Positions 1 through 12,638 of a stretch of DNA of 64,000 bases are shown one piece after another. The stretch's first letter is position 1. Each line of letters starts with the position of its first letter. A program made the translations under genes and the position numbers. The DNA is from Octopus vulgaris (taxonomy: Eukaryota): assembly GCA_951406725.2 (NCBI GenBank), contig OX597837.1:27156001-27220000 (forward strand). Direction: 5' to 3'. The notes beneath the pieces are model-generated. The model worked only from the letters and a program-made list of their open reading frames with translations, searched no databases and had not been told where the DNA came from.

Positions 1-136
1 AATTTAGTGGTTTACATCGCGGTTGTAGATAGCTGTGGATCATCAATATCAACAACTGACTGGCTGTTCTTGTTCAATGAGCTTAAAAAACCATTTGAGA
101 GTTCCTTGAACTGTCTTCTTTTCCTCAAGGATTACA

Positions 137-1906
137 TTATAAGGAGCAAAAGCTTTGTGACAAAGCTCCCATAAGCTCGGAAAAGCATTGAGCATTTGGA
201 TCCATATCCTTGAACATAGAAAGACACTTTTTGTAAAATGCAAATGCCTGCTGCATTGTCCTAATGGTAAAGTAACGTGGCTCAGGTTCGACCTCCTCTT
301 CTTTATTTTGCTGCTCATGAAACTCTATCAAATCACCATTCATCAGGGGCTGCTTGTCTTTTTCAAATAAATCTGTGAAATCCTCCTCCTCCAAATCCAT
401 TTCCAGTTCTTTGCTCATAGTCATCAACATTTTATTGATGGCAACATTATCAAACCCCTTAAAATCATTCACGAATTGCAGGCAAAGCTTCTCCCATACA
501 CCATTCATAGCAGTGCTCTGTACATCATTCCATGCCACTGCTATGTTCAGTAAAGCCTTGTAGATATCGTATCTCTTCCAAAAGTCACAAAGTGTGATGG
601 ACTCATCGAGATCAGTTGCAGCTATTGCTTGCCACAGTGTACGTTTCATATAGTAACAAATGAAGATAGCAAGCAATTATTCCCTGATCCATTGGCTGCA
701 GAAGAGACGTGGTGTTTGGAGGAAGGTATATGGCAGTAACATTGGGGTCAAAATCTACAATATTTTGCGGGTGGCCAGGAGCATTATCTAAGGTAAGTAA
801 AACCTTATAAAGAATTCCCTTCTCTTTACAGTACTTCTCTGCTGCTGGGATAAAATGATTGAAGAACCAATCTTCAAAAACACCAACAGTAACCCATGCT
901 TTTGAATTAGCCAGCCATATAACAGGGAAAGATGCCTTGAGTGTGTTCTTCAGGGCACAGGGGTTCTGTGCATGATACACAAGCAATGGCTTTAACTTAA
1001 AATCTCCTGCACAATTACCTCTCAACATAATGGCCACACGTTCTTTTGAGACCTTGTAGCCTGAAATAGTTTTCTCCTCCTTGGAAATGAATGAACAGTC
1101 TGGTAATTTTTACCAATACAATCCAGTTTCATCTACATTAAAAATCTGTTCGGGAAGAAACCTATTTTCTTTGATGATTTTCTTTAATGCATTAGGAAAT
1201 TCCACTGCTGCTTGTTCATCAGCTGATGCACTTTCACCTTGCTTCTTAATGGAGCGATAACTTCTTCGCTCCTTAACCCTTTAGCATTTAAACCGGCCAT
1301 ATCCGGCCAAATGTATTCTGCCTGTTTTATGTTCAGACTGGCCAGATCTGGTCTCTCACACCAACCCTACAATATCGTTTTAAAAATTAACAGCTACCTC
1401 ATCAAAATCTCATATCACCAAGATAATTCATGATTAGTTCAAAACAATTTGGATGAAGAAGCATTAATTTTGGCAGAATAATGTGAACACTAAAGGGTTA
1501 AATCTCATGAACCATCCTTGACTTGCCTTGAACTCTACATCTTTCTCGTCTGGATATTTTTTCTTCAGGTCCTCAAACAAAGACAACACTTTCTCTTGAA
1601 TGATTTTTTGACTAATAGTAGCACGCTGACGATTCAACCTAACAATCCAAAGAGAAAGAAGACTTTCCATTTCTTCAAAGATTTTGTCTCTTTTCTAATT
1701 GATGACAGTGTTCTTCAGATTTGATACGTGCTAAAATCTTGTCATTATGTACAATCATTGATACACTTGTCCGACTCATCCCAAAAGAATGTGCAATTGC
1801 TACCACTTTTTCACCTTTTACATGGCATTTCATCATAGCCAGTTTTATCTTCTAGCGTTATAGCATGATGCCTAGCACATTCACTATGAATTTTCTTAGA
1901 AGCCAT
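137..1906 (-). pseudogene. Decayed Tigger/pogo-family DDE transposase (psq HTH, CENP-B-type HTH, DDE_1)
   Basis: The pieces read MASKK...GEKVVAIAHSFGMSRTSVS, FKASQGWFMRF, QIFNVDETGLYW*, KLKPLLVY, NSKAWVT, LDNAPGHP, LPPNTTSLLQPMDQGII. It carries an in-frame stop, frameshifts and a MITE insertion at 1277-1497. Confidence 0.92.
1277..1497. mobile_element. piggyBac-type MITE family P1 (CCCTTTAG...CTAAAGGG), inserted in the Tigger transposase
   Basis: TTAA at 1273-1276 and 1498-1501. Terminal inverted repeats. Removing it restores the frame GWFMRFKERRSYRSIKKQGESASAD. Confidence 0.88.
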
Positions 1907-2297
1907 GGGGTGGAAAAAAAATAAAGAGAATGAGAAAGTAGCAAATAAACAGATGTAAAAAAAATCTGAATTCTAAACAGGAATCACGAGTGAGAACGAC
2001 ACCTAACGGCAGATATTGGAACTACAGTGCAATATGAGCTCCAAACGACCGATGAATAAGACAACACAACTGATTTCATGAATGAGTTCGCTAAGCTACA
2101 CTACTTCTTGGTGTGTATCTCCTGCAGTGCTGAATATCTGTAGGACAATATAGAGCCAGTTAGGTTAGATTGCTTGTGATGAAATGAATTCTGTTCAAGT
2201 AGCCAAGGTATTGAGATGGTGTTAAACCTTTTGGTACCAACCTGAACAAGACTGTCCTTGGCCCTATGATACAAACTCCCTGTTCTAATCACGCATA

Positions 2298-2456
2298 ATG
2301 TTCACACACGATGTTCGCACACGATGTTCGCACACGATGTTCGCACACAATGTTCACACACAATGTTCACACACAATGTTCACACACAATGTTCACACAC
2401 GGTGTTCACACATGGTGTTCACACACGATGTTCACACACAATGTTCACACACAATA
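2298..2456. repeat. Minisatellite, ~13-14 bp unit ATGTTCACACAC(A/G)
   Basis: About 12 tandem copies visible directly. Confidence 0.9.
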
Positions 2457-2853
2457 CACTTGACATCCATGAATCATATATGATACCTATTTCATTTTTT
2501 TTTTTCAACCACCAGAGTAACTCGAGACTTATGAAAAGAAAACTTTATACTACTCAGACGTATGAAACAAGAGTTAAAAGCCTGAAAACAAGCACGGGCT
2601 CTTGGGACAAACTTATGAAAATGTTTCAGGCAGAGAAAAAGGTAAAAATTAACTGAAACAAGGTTTGCATATCTCAACAGGAATATGGTAACACGAGTGT
2701 TAAACCAAGTGCTGCGTTAGGGTCTATACGCACAAATGTTCTTGTACCTCACCACCTCAAGAATAATCTGGTAGACAGCAATGGTTTTTCTGACAAACCA
2801 GACTATTTCTAAACATAAAAAAAATAAAATGAATATGATACAAGATTCCTTAC

Positions 2854-2950
2854 CTTGGTGGATTGGTATCAGAGAGTCCAGAAATCCAAATATTCTTTGT
2901 AACTCCTCATTACTTAATAAATGTAATTTTTTCATAGAATCGTGGTAGGT
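2854..2950 (-). CDS. NET1: NET1/ARHGEF3-like RhoGEF DH-domain exon (TYHDSMKKLHLLSNEELQRIFGFLDSLIPIHQ); gene continues beyond the left window edge
   Basis: catttccag acceptor, gtaagg donor, 97 nt, phase 0/1. Matches NET1 AYHDPMLKLSIMSEEELTHIFGDLDSYIPLHE. Seen as part of ORF 2717..2935. Confidence 0.94.
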
Positions 2951-3377
2951 CTGGAAATGAAGGAAATAAATATGAAAAAAGGTGAACTGGATTAAACAAG
3001 AGAGGGAGATTGTAGGGAAATTATGAGTGTAAACTAGTGAAGAGGGGGAATTAAAAGATGGATTTTACATGAGAGAGAAGAAAAGTCCCACAATAAACAA
3101 AAGGGGTTCACACTGGCTAAAACAATTCTTTAATAAGTTGTATTTATGCAGATTAGAACTGACCAAAAATTACATAGAATTTTAAAAAATAACGATGTCA
3201 ACATCAACAACTGCCACCTCATGTGTATCAACGACAGAATACAACAGTACTCGAGGGAAACAGGATTTATTGAAGCTGAAATAATTACTAATGAGCATGC
3301 TCCAACATGGCACCAAGCATAAGACCACACCCACCATTTGGTAACATTTTCAGCATCGAATATTGATTTTGGTTCAT

Positions 3378-3769
3378 GAGTGGCTGTGTGGTAAGTAGCT
3401 TGCTAACCAACCACATGGTTCTGGGTTCAGTCCCACTGCGTGGCACCTTGGGCAAGTGTCTTCTACTATAGCCTTGGGCCGACCAAAGCCTTGTGAGTGG
3501 ATTTGGTAGACGGAAACTGAAAGAAGCCTGTCGTATATATGTATGTGTGTGTGTTTGTGTGTCTGTGTTTGTCCCCCTAGCATTGCTTGACAACCGATGC
3601 TGGTGTGTTTACGTCCCCGTCACTTAACGGTTCGGCAAAAGAGACCGATAGAATAAGTACTGGGCTTACAAAGAATAAGTCCCGGGGTCGATTTGCTCAA
3701 CTAAAGGTGGTGCTCCAGCATGGCCACAGTCAAATGACTGAAACAAGTAAAAGAGTAAAAGAAAAGAGT
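3378..3769 (+). mobile_element. tRNA-derived SINE family A (most abundant; internal microsatellite; GTAAAAGA tail)
   Basis: A-box-like TGGCTGTGTGG, B-box-like GGTTCAGTCCC, CCTTGGGCAAGT core-like motif, tail GGTGCTCCAGCATGGCC...GAAACAAGTAAAAGAG. About 20 full or partial copies in the window. Confidence 0.9.
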
Positions 3770-3877
3770 ATGGGATTTTTTTTTAACCATTCTTTTAAGT
3801 CTTGTAGTTAAGTTTAGATTTCTGTGAATGAGGAAAGAAAAGAAAAGAAAAGCAAGAAATGGTTAATAAAGACTTAC

Positions 3878-3940
3878 CGTTTTTACTACTCCAAGATCTT
3901 GTATTAGATCCAGTTCTCCTTGGTAAAGCTCAAAAATTGC
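3878..3940 (-). CDS. NET1: NET1/ARHGEF3-like RhoGEF DH-domain exon (AIFELYQGELDLIQDLGVVKT)
   Basis: catctccag acceptor, gtaagt donor, 63 nt, phase 0/0. Matches NET1 AIYEMSRGEQDLIEDLKLARK. Confidence 0.94.
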
Positions 3941-4562
3941 CTGGAGATGCAAACATTTAGAATTACAAAGAGTGAAAAGAAAAGATAAAAAAAAAATTCA
4001 AAAACATTCCCATGTGTTTGAGACATAAAAATGAGAGGGGGGAGAGGAAGAGAGGGGGCATTGAGGAGAGTAGGAGGAAAAGAGAAGAGACAAAGAGAGA
4101 AAGGGAGAACAATGGTCATATCACAGATGCAAGCACCAAAGCATTTCTACCAATTCCTCTGTCATATTCTTGTCTCCCAAACTGCAGTTGGTTGTTTTGG
4201 TTCCTTGCCAAAAGAATCAGTGAAAACTCTGCGGTACCCTTATCCTTACTTCCCAACCAGTACCCCCTGTAAGCAGGACTACTACGGAGAATCCTTTTGC
4301 TGCCTACTTTGCAATCACCTCCAGAACTTTCTCTTTCCATCCACCAGGCTCTCCAACATCCCACACATGCCAAGTGCGAAAACATCTCTGGTCTCTTCAA
4401 GCCATTAAGGCTACTGACCTTCACAATGGTCCCGTTACCATCAACTCGTTAGCATTCAAATTACTCTCAAATTTAATACCCATTTATCCACATCGTTTGG
4501 AATTAACCATGTTTTATCTTGTAGCTTTCAGATTTCAATGATGTGATTGTATATTTTTAGAA

Positions 4563-4978
4563 GGCGGCGAGCTGGCAGAAACGTTAGCACACCGGGCGAA
4601 ATGCTTAGTGGTATTTCGTCTGCCGCTACGTTCTGAGTTCAAATTCCGCCGAGGTCGACTTTGCCTTTCATCCTTTCGGGGTCGATTAAATAAGTACCAG
4701 TTACGCACTGGGGTCGATATAATCGACTTAATCCGTTTGTCTGTCCTTGTTTGTCCCCTCTGTGTTTAGTCCCTTGTGGGTAGTAAAGAAATAGGTATTT
4801 CGTCTGCCGCTACGTTCTGAGTTCAAATTCCGCCAAGGTGAACTTTGCCTTTCATCTTTTCAGGGTCGATTAAATAAGTACCAGTTATGCACTGGGGTCG
4901 ATATAATCGACTTAATACATTTGTCTGTCCTTGTTTGTCCCCTCTTTGTTTAGCCCCTTGTGGGTAATGAAAAAACAT
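4563..4978 (+). mobile_element. tRNA-derived SINE family B, tandem partial duplicate nested in a P1 MITE (~4445-5093)
   Basis: Head GGCGGCGAGCTGGCAGAAACGTTAG...GAGTTCAAATTCC, central GCCTTTCATCCTTTCGGGGTCGATTAAATAAGTACC (resembles the Meta/Sauria-type central domain). The flanks are two halves of a P1 MITE. Confidence 0.85.
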
Positions 4979-6024
4979 GTATATTTTTAGAATGACATTG
5001 TAGGGTTGGTGTAAGTGGTAGGACCTGGCTGGTTTGAACATAAAACAGGTAGAATATTTTGGCCGGATATGGCCCATTTAAATGCAAACAGGTTAACCAA
5101 TGTGCTTCACAACTAAACCCCCACCTACCCCCTATATCATTAACCTCTTCAATCGCTCAGCCCTCCCCACCCACTCTACAGGAATTAAAGCTTATTTAGG
5201 CTACAATTTGTCACATTCTCAAGATCCTGATAACTGCCATACTTCCACACTTACTTCTAATACCTCTAAACTAACCATGACAACCATAAACAACAACCTC
5301 CTCTAACATTTTGAATCTCTCTCCTTCCTTAATAATCTTCACAAAACACCTCTCTATATCCCATGTCAGTAGGTTCTCACTGTCAGTGTGTTTACGTCCC
5401 CGTCACTTAGCGGTTCGGCAAAAGAGACCGATAGAATAAGTACTGGGCTTACAAAGAATAAGTCCCGGTGTCGATTTTCTCGACTAAAGGCGGTGCTCCA
5501 GCATGGCCGCAGTCAAATGACTGAAACAAGTAAAAGAGTAAAAGAGTAAAGAGTATTACACTTGACAAAATAATTTGAATTCTAAAGGGTAAAAGAGTCT
5601 CTCTCTCTCTCTCTCACAGATGGGCAGTGTTGAAGTTGCAAGGAAGATAGGAATGACAACAGCATGAAGTACAATGAACATATTGACATTATCGACAATG
5701 TACCAATAGTCGTTGAGATAGAGAACTAGATAAAAACTGCTATGGTGGAGACAAAGGGAACTGGGTGGGGGATGGGGGGCTATGAATACTTATGTAAGAA
5801 GTAAATAAACTGATTTTATGGACTGACTGACAGACAGGCATACACTGTAGCTAGTCAGGTAGGTAGGTAGTATATAGCTATATAGATTGATGAATAAAGG
5901 TAAACACGAGAGAGAGGGAGGGAGGGAGAGAAAGGTGTATTGATTAAAGGAATGAGAATAGATGAGAAAGAAGAATTACGAAAGATGGGTAGAAGGAAGG
6001 AGGCAAAGGGAAAGCATATGAAAG

Positions 6025-6060
<36 letters not shown>

Positions 6061-6917
6061 TGGATTTCTGATGACAAGTGTGACAAGGGACAGTCGAAGA
6101 TGACCGGATACAAGAGACTCCATATAGAAAACTATTTTTTTACACCTGTCCTTTATCCTATGCTGACCATAGATGAGTTGAAGATACAGTCATAGAAAAC
6201 ATGAGCTTGGGTGGGATGAGAGAGAGAGAGAGAGAGAGACGGAGGGGAAGGGAGCAGAGAGAGAAAGAGTAGAGGAAGAGAGAGAGAGAGAGAATGAGAG
6301 AGAAAGAAAGAAAGAGATGGACTGTTGCCCAGTTTGTGTTTACCAAATCCCCTTCACAAGGCAATGGTCAATTGGTGAAAGACACTCGCTCAATGAGGTC
6401 AAAAGGGACCGCACAGTGAGATTGAGCCCAGATCCACCTTACTCGCCCAGTCAAATCCTTCAAGAAGGATTTGGTCCATTTGATCAACACTAGCATTTGA
6501 CTACAGTGGAATTGGAACTCAGAACTTCAAGGAGAATGTAACATAAAAGTGCTTTTCATGTGACACCATCACCCACACCAATACTTTTCACATGGCACCT
6601 TGGTTTTAGGACCTCAATTCTGTTGTGGTGGGCTTCTCGAGTACAGCAATGCATCTCATATCTCGGTCCTTTGCTACAGTGCGTCCGCTGCTCAAGGCCA
6701 AAAATATACCCAGTCAGTTGCTCTCTAATTAAAGTTTAACGAGATCAGCTGAGTGTTTTAACTCTTTAGCATTTAAACAGGTTGTATCTGGCCCAAATAT
6801 TCTACCTGTTTTACATTCAAACTGGCCAGATCTGGCCTCTCACACCTACCCTAGGTAGTCATTCTTAAAAAAAAACAATCAAAATCTCAAATCTATAAAA
6901 TAATGCATGATTAATGT

Positions 6918-7328
6918 GCAGGAGTGGCTGTGTGGTAAGTAGCTTGCTAACCAACCACATGGTTCCGGGTTCAGTCCCACTGCGTGGCATCTTGGGCAAG
7001 TGTCTTCTGCTATAGTCCCTGGGCCGACCAATGCCTTGTGAGTGGATTTGGTAGACGGAAACTGAAAGAAGCCTGTCGTATATATGTATATATATATAAG
7101 TGTGTGTGTATATGTTTGTGTGTCTGTGTTTGTCCCCCTAGCATTGCTTGACAACTGATGCTGGTGTGTTTACGTCCCCGTCACTTAGCGGTTCGGCAAA
7201 AGAGACCGATAGATTAAGTACTGGGCTTACAAAGAATAAGTCCTGGGGTCGATTTGCTCAACTAAAGGCGGTGCTCCAGCATGGCCGCAGTCAAATGACT
7301 GAAACAAGTAAAAGAGTAAAAGAGAGTA
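6918..7328 (+). mobile_element. SINE family A copy nested in a P1 MITE (~6761-7350)
   Basis: Full head-to-tail match to the 3378-3769 copy, with MITE sequence on both sides. Confidence 0.88.
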
Positions 7329-7410
7329 TAACATTTGATAAAATTAAAGGGTTAATTGTAGATATAGCACAGTCTTAGAAGATAGTGAATGTCAAGGATT
7401 TAATGTAAAG

Positions 7411-7610
7411 CAGCACGGATTTTTGTCAGTGAACAGGTCGCGGCCTTAAAGCGACGAAAATATTTTGACAAATTAAACTTAAATGTTGAAGTGAATCGAA
7501 AAGCTTCTGCGTGTTTCTTAAATGGCTTACAAACACCTTCCACACTGCAATTGTTTTCGTTTCAGCACACAATCTCAGATCAAATCACTTGCTATGCAAG
7601 TACATCTCTG

Positions 7611-7650
<40 letters not shown>

Positions 7651-7907
7651 CTGGGGAAGATTGGTTTATCAGGTTACTCTGGGTTTATGTATATATATAT
7701 ATATATATATGCAGCATGGAATTTTGTCAGTGAACAGGTCGCGGTCTTAAAGCGACGAAAATATTTTGACAAATTAAGCCTAAATGTTGAAGTGAATCGA
7801 ACGGCTTTTGTGTGTTTCTTAAATGGCTTACAAACACCTTCCACGCTGCAATTGTTTTCGTTTCAGCACACAATCTCAGATCAAATCACTTGCTATGCAA
7901 GTACATC

Positions 7908-7952
<45 letters not shown>

Positions 7953-7991
7953 CTGGGGAAGATTGGTTTATCAGGTTACTCTGGGTTTATG

Positions 7992-8045
<54 letters not shown>

Positions 8046-8243
8046 GCATGGAATTTTGTCAGTGAACAGGTCGCGGTCTTAAAGCGACGAAAATATTTTG
8101 ACAAATTAAACTTAAATGTTGAAGTGAATCGAACGGCTTTTGTGTGTTTCTTAAATGGCTTACAAACACCTTCCACGCTGCAATTGTTTTCGTCTCAGCA
8201 CACAATCTCAGATCAAATCGCTTGCTATGCAAGTACGTCTCCG
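7411..8243. repeat. Tandem triplication of a ~300-330 bp unit containing two (TA)n tracts
   Basis: Units start with GCAGCA(C/T)GG at 7411, 7711 and 8043 and are nearly identical apart from (TA)n length. Confidence 0.92.
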
Positions 8244-8426
8244 TAATTAGACAACAAAGCCTAGCATAAAATGTTGTATATCCACTACTAGACACACACA
8301 CACACACACACTCACCTGTTAATAATCTACATACCAACCAATCAGATGTGATGCAAGTACTTGTCACTTCTCTTTATTTGAATCATTGATTCAACCATAT
8401 CAAATACTCTATATGCTACCTTTTCT

Positions 8427-9372
8427 GGCGAGCTGGCAGAAACGTTAGCACACCGGGCGAAATGCGTAGCCGTATTTCGTCTGCCATTACGTTCTGAGTT
8501 CAAATACTGCTGAGGTCGACTTTGCCTTTCATCTTGTTGGGGTTGATAAATTAAGTACCAATTACGCACTGGGGTAGATGTAAACAACTTAATCCGTTTG
8601 TCTGTCCTTGTTTGTCCCCTCTGTGTTTAGCCCCTTGTGGGTAGTAAAGAAACATATAGAAAGAGGGATATAGAGAGATAGAGATAGAAAGAGATAGAAA
8701 GATAGAAAGGCCACGAGCCGTCAGAATCATTAGTATGCCAGGTGAAATACTTAGCGGTTTTTCGTCTGCCGCTATGTACTGAGTTCGATTAATTGAGTAC
8801 CAGTTACGCACTGGGGTAGATGTAAACAACTTAATCCGTTTGTCTGTCCTTGTTTGTCCCCTCTGTGTTTAGCCCCTTGTGGGTAGTAAAGAAACATATA
8901 GAAAGAGGGATATAGAGAGATAGAGATAGAAAGATAGAAAGGCCACGAGCCGTCAGAATCATTAGTATGCCAGGTGAAATACTTAGCGGTTTTTCGTCTG
9001 CCGCTATGTACTGAGTTCGATAAATTGAGTACCAGTTACGCACTGGGGTAGATGTAAACAACTTAATCCGTTTGTCTGTCCTTGTTTGTCCCCTCTGTGT
9101 TTAGCCCCTTGTGGGTAGTAAAGAAACATATAGAAAGAGGGATATAGAGAGATAGAGATAGAAAGAGATAGAAAGATAGAAAGGCCACGAGCTGGCAGAA
9201 TCATTAGTATGCCAGGTGAAATACTTAGCGGTTTTTCGTCTGCCGCTATGTACTGAGTTCGATAAATTGAGTACCAGTTACGCACTGGGGTAGATGTAAA
9301 CAACTTAATCCGTTTGTCTGTCCTTGTTTGTCCCCTCTGTGTTTAGCCCCTTGTGGGTAGTAAAGAAACATA
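8427..9372 (+). repeat. Tandem array of four SINE family B-derived units (~235-280 bp)
   Basis: Repeated AGTACCAGTTACGCACTGGGGTAGATGTAAACAAC...GTAGTAAAGAAACATA blocks separated by GA-rich linkers. Confidence 0.9.
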
Positions 9373-9827
9373 TATTACAGGAACAAAGTCAGACCCAGGG
9401 ACAGGAGGAATGAAACAACAGAATTTAAGATCCTTTAGTATTTCAAATGGCCAAATCCAGCCCAAAGCTTTCTGCCTGTTTTATTCTCAAACCGGCCAAA
9501 TGTGGCCTCTCACACCTACCGAACAATGTTGTTCAAAGCATAAACAATGACATCATCAAAAGCCACGAGATAATGCATGAGTAATTCAATCAATGTGAAT
9601 GAATAAGCATAACATGTGACAGAATAGTCTGAATGCTGAGGTAGTTAATCCTCATCAGCTTGACATCCGGTTTTCCATGTTTGCATGGGTCAGATAAAGT
9701 TTGTTTGTTGTGGTAAATTTTTATCTTTAAAAAAATAGGCAATAAATAAAACATGTTCTTAGTTTACATTTATTCTTTTTACTTTTTATTATTTTTTTTT
9801 TTTTGGTGGGGTAAAATTTTCATTTAA

Positions 9828-10048
9828 CCCTTTGGTGTTTAAGCCGGCCATATCCGGCCCAAATATTCTACATGTTTTACATTCAAACTGGCCATATTTA
9901 GCCTCTCACACCTAACCTACATTGACATTCCAAGAATAAACTATCACACCATTGAAATTTCAAAGCTGTAAGATAATGTATGATTAATTGAAAATAATTT
10001 GAGTGAAAAAAGTATTACATTTAACAGATTAATCTGAACACTGAAGAG
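9828..10048. mobile_element. piggyBac-type MITE family P1
   Basis: TTAA flanks, degenerate CCCTTTGG/CTGAAGAG ends, body matches 1277-1497. Confidence 0.8.
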
Positions 10049-10057
10049 TTAAAAATA

Positions 10058-10844
10058 TTGGGTTGTCCGGAAAGTTCGTGCCGATTTTCAAAGGAAAGAA
10101 AAAGGTCAATAAATACTTGCCATTACATTTTTAATCAACCAAATATGAACCATTTTGTTGCACAATGCATCTCCATCTTTCCTTTAACTTGAAAATACCC
10201 TCTTCCCAGAACTGAGGTGGTTTCATGGCAAAGAATTCATCAAGGTATCTTTTTATGTCATCCAAGGAATTGAAATTTTTACCATTAAGACTATTCTGCA
10301 GAGACCTGATTAAGTGGGAAATCCGAAGGAGCAATATCTGGTGAATATGGAGGGTGGGGTAACACATCCCAGCCGAGCTGCAGCAATTTTTGTCTGGTTC
10401 CCAGAGCATCAAGTGCTGAAAATGAACTTTCTTATCTTCCATTTTAAAGGGTTACAGAATTAACACAGGTTACAGGAACATGAAACCTTCTTCCACGAAA
10501 AGATAGCTTAAACTATGCTCTAAATGGAGGCGTAGTCAAATCCTATTTTATGGACTGAACCATGTTCTAAAATAAGTCGAAAGGTATCTACTATAAATAT
10601 AGTCAATTCGAGGATGTTAGTTCCACATTAGGGATTAAATAATCCAAAACATTCCATTGGTTAATTACTATCATATAAGGAGAAAATGAACCAAAACATA
10701 TATGTGGTTTTTTGGCATTTTACCTTTCTTTCAGAGCCTTACAACTCATAATTTATTCGTATTGTTTTTATAAAAGAATTTCAACATCTTTATATCATAC
10801 AAATAAATTATTTATTCATCCATAATTCTCCATTTTCTTTCTTT

Positions 10845-10885
<41 letters not shown>

Positions 10886-11061
10886 TGCCGGAGTGGCTGT
10901 GTGGTAAGTAGCTTGCTTACAAACCACATGGCTCCAGGTTCAGTCCCACTGCGCGGCACCTTGGAGGTGTAGTCAAATCCTATTTTATGGACTCAACCAT
11001 GTTCTAAAAAAGTCGAAAGGTAAGCTACTATAGATCGGCACGAACTTTCCAGACAACTAAA
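10058..11061 (-). mobile_element. Internally deleted, rearranged mariner element
   Basis: TA-flanked TIRs TTGGGTTGTCCGGAAAGTTCGTGCCGAT / ATCGGCACGAACTTTCCAGACAAC. The N-terminus MEDKKVHFQHLMLW is fused to C-terminal mariner sequence (GWDVLPHPPYSPDIAPSD in an alternate frame; RSLQNSLNGKNF...GIFKLKERW...NGSY). Confidence 0.9.
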
Positions 11062-11333
11062 TATTTACATCAATGTTCATTGAAACGATCAGACAAAGAT
11101 CGACCTGTTGAAAATACGGAGCTACAAGCAGAGATGAAAGGAAGAAGAGCATAGCCATTATTAATAAATAAACAGTAAATAACTACCAAATATGGTGGTG
11201 AATGGAGTAGGAATGGTTAGAGAGGAGGTGGGGTAGAAGGTGAGGGTAGAAGGTAAAAAGTGAAATTACCCGAGCACCCGGAACAAATAACAACAATCTC
11301 CTCATTATGCACTAAATTCAATAAATGGTTTAA

Positions 11334-11797
11334 CCCTTTAGTGTTCAGATTACTCTGTTAAATGTAATACTTTTTCACTCAAATTGTTTTGAATTAATTC
11401 AATAAATGGTTTAACCCTTTAGTGTTCAGATTACTCTGTTAAATGTAATACTTTTTCACTCAAATTGTTTTCAATTAATTCAATAAATGGTTTAACCCTT
11501 TAGTGTTCAGATTACTCTGTTAAATGTAATACTTTTTCACTCAAATTGTTTTGAATTAATTCAATAAATGGTTTAACCCTTTAGTGTTCAGATTACTCTG
11601 TTAAATGTAATACTTTTTCACTCAAATTGTTTTCAATTAATCATGCATTATGTTATATCTTTGAGGTTTCAATGATGTGATTGTCTATTTTTAGAATGTT
11701 AATGTAGGTTAGATGTAAGAGTCTGGATATCGCCAGTTTGAATATAAAACATGTAGAATGATCTGGGCCAGATATGGCCAGTTTAAACACTAAAGGG
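11334..11797. mobile_element. P1 MITE with a 4x tandem amplification of one end plus flank (81-bp unit)
   Basis: AATAAATGGTTTAACCCTTTAGTGTTCAGATTAC... repeats four times between 11320 and 11640; the far end is CTAAAGGG-TTAA. Confidence 0.88.
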
Positions 11798-11839
11798 TTA
11801 AAATAAACAAAAGGCAAAAATAGTAGTCAGGAAAATTAC

Positions 11840-12016
11840 CTCTTGGCGCTTAATTTCTTGAACAGACAAATCAGTAATCCTTTCAGATTTCACAGATTCA
11901 CTCCAAGACCGGTCAAGTCGAGATTTGGCAGCTACTGGTAAAGGTAGTTTGTATGCAGCAGAGCCCATCTTCAGACTAGGGGAGGCTGTTGATGGTACTT
12001 TAAAATTTAAAGATTT
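11840..12016 (-). CDS. NET1: NET1/ARHGEF3-like RhoGEF exon (KSLNFKVPSTASPSLKMGSAAYKLPLPVAAKSRLDRSWSESVKSERITDLSVQEIKRQE)
   Basis: cttacag acceptor, gtaatt donor, 177 nt open, phase 0/0. WSE...EIKRQE is the conserved entry into the NET1 DH domain. Confidence 0.93.
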
Positions 12017-12369
12017 CTGTAAGATACAATAAAGGCAGAGGTCAGCAGCAACAAATTAATTTTTTTTTTTTTTTTTGCAAAAGTAACAGACAAATAAAAA
12101 GAAAAAAAAAAAAAGAATGAGAACTAGTTCTGTGGAGGGAATGTAGTAGCAGATCTTAGACTCCAGTCTTTGGTGACACAACAATTAATGATGATAATGA
12201 AGAGAATAATAAACGGATAAAGAATACAGAAATGATTGGAAGTGAAGATTAATGGCACCAGAGAGACAGAAGACACGAAAACAAACAAATTAACAACAAT
12301 GGAAGCACTTTAGTGAGTTTAATTCTTCCCTCCTTTTCTCATTCTATAAACAAAATTGTCTTTACATTT

Positions 12370-12441
<72 letters not shown>

Positions 12442-12638
12442 CACACAGACAGAGAGAATGTATGTGAGTGACCATCCACATGCATGAGCCTGTACCCAAT
12501 GTACCCATATCGGTCAGTTTAATTGCAGTCCCAAGTTGGATCCCAAGAATCCCTGCCCAAGCTGGAACTATTAATCACTGTGAAGCATGGATTTTCCAAC
12601 ACAGACATTTCTAGAATGGGTGCTGAAGTAGACATAGA

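Noticed and set aside
137-1906. Domesticated TIGD/CENP-B-like host gene
   Set aside because: An in-frame stop after the first catalytic motif, several frameshifts and a MITE insertion indicate a dead transposon.
2753-2808. Possible next RhoGEF exon (EIVWFVRKTIAVYQIILEV) with AG/GT boundaries
   Set aside because: It would need a 45-nt intron and has no convincing similarity to the expected next DH segment; the true exon is probably outside the window.
3288-3811. Recurring small ORFs such as MLGGQTQTH..., RQASFSFRLPNPLTRLWSA..., DTCPRCHAVGLNPEPCGW
   Set aside because: Conceptual translations of SINE family A, recurring wherever the SINE occurs.
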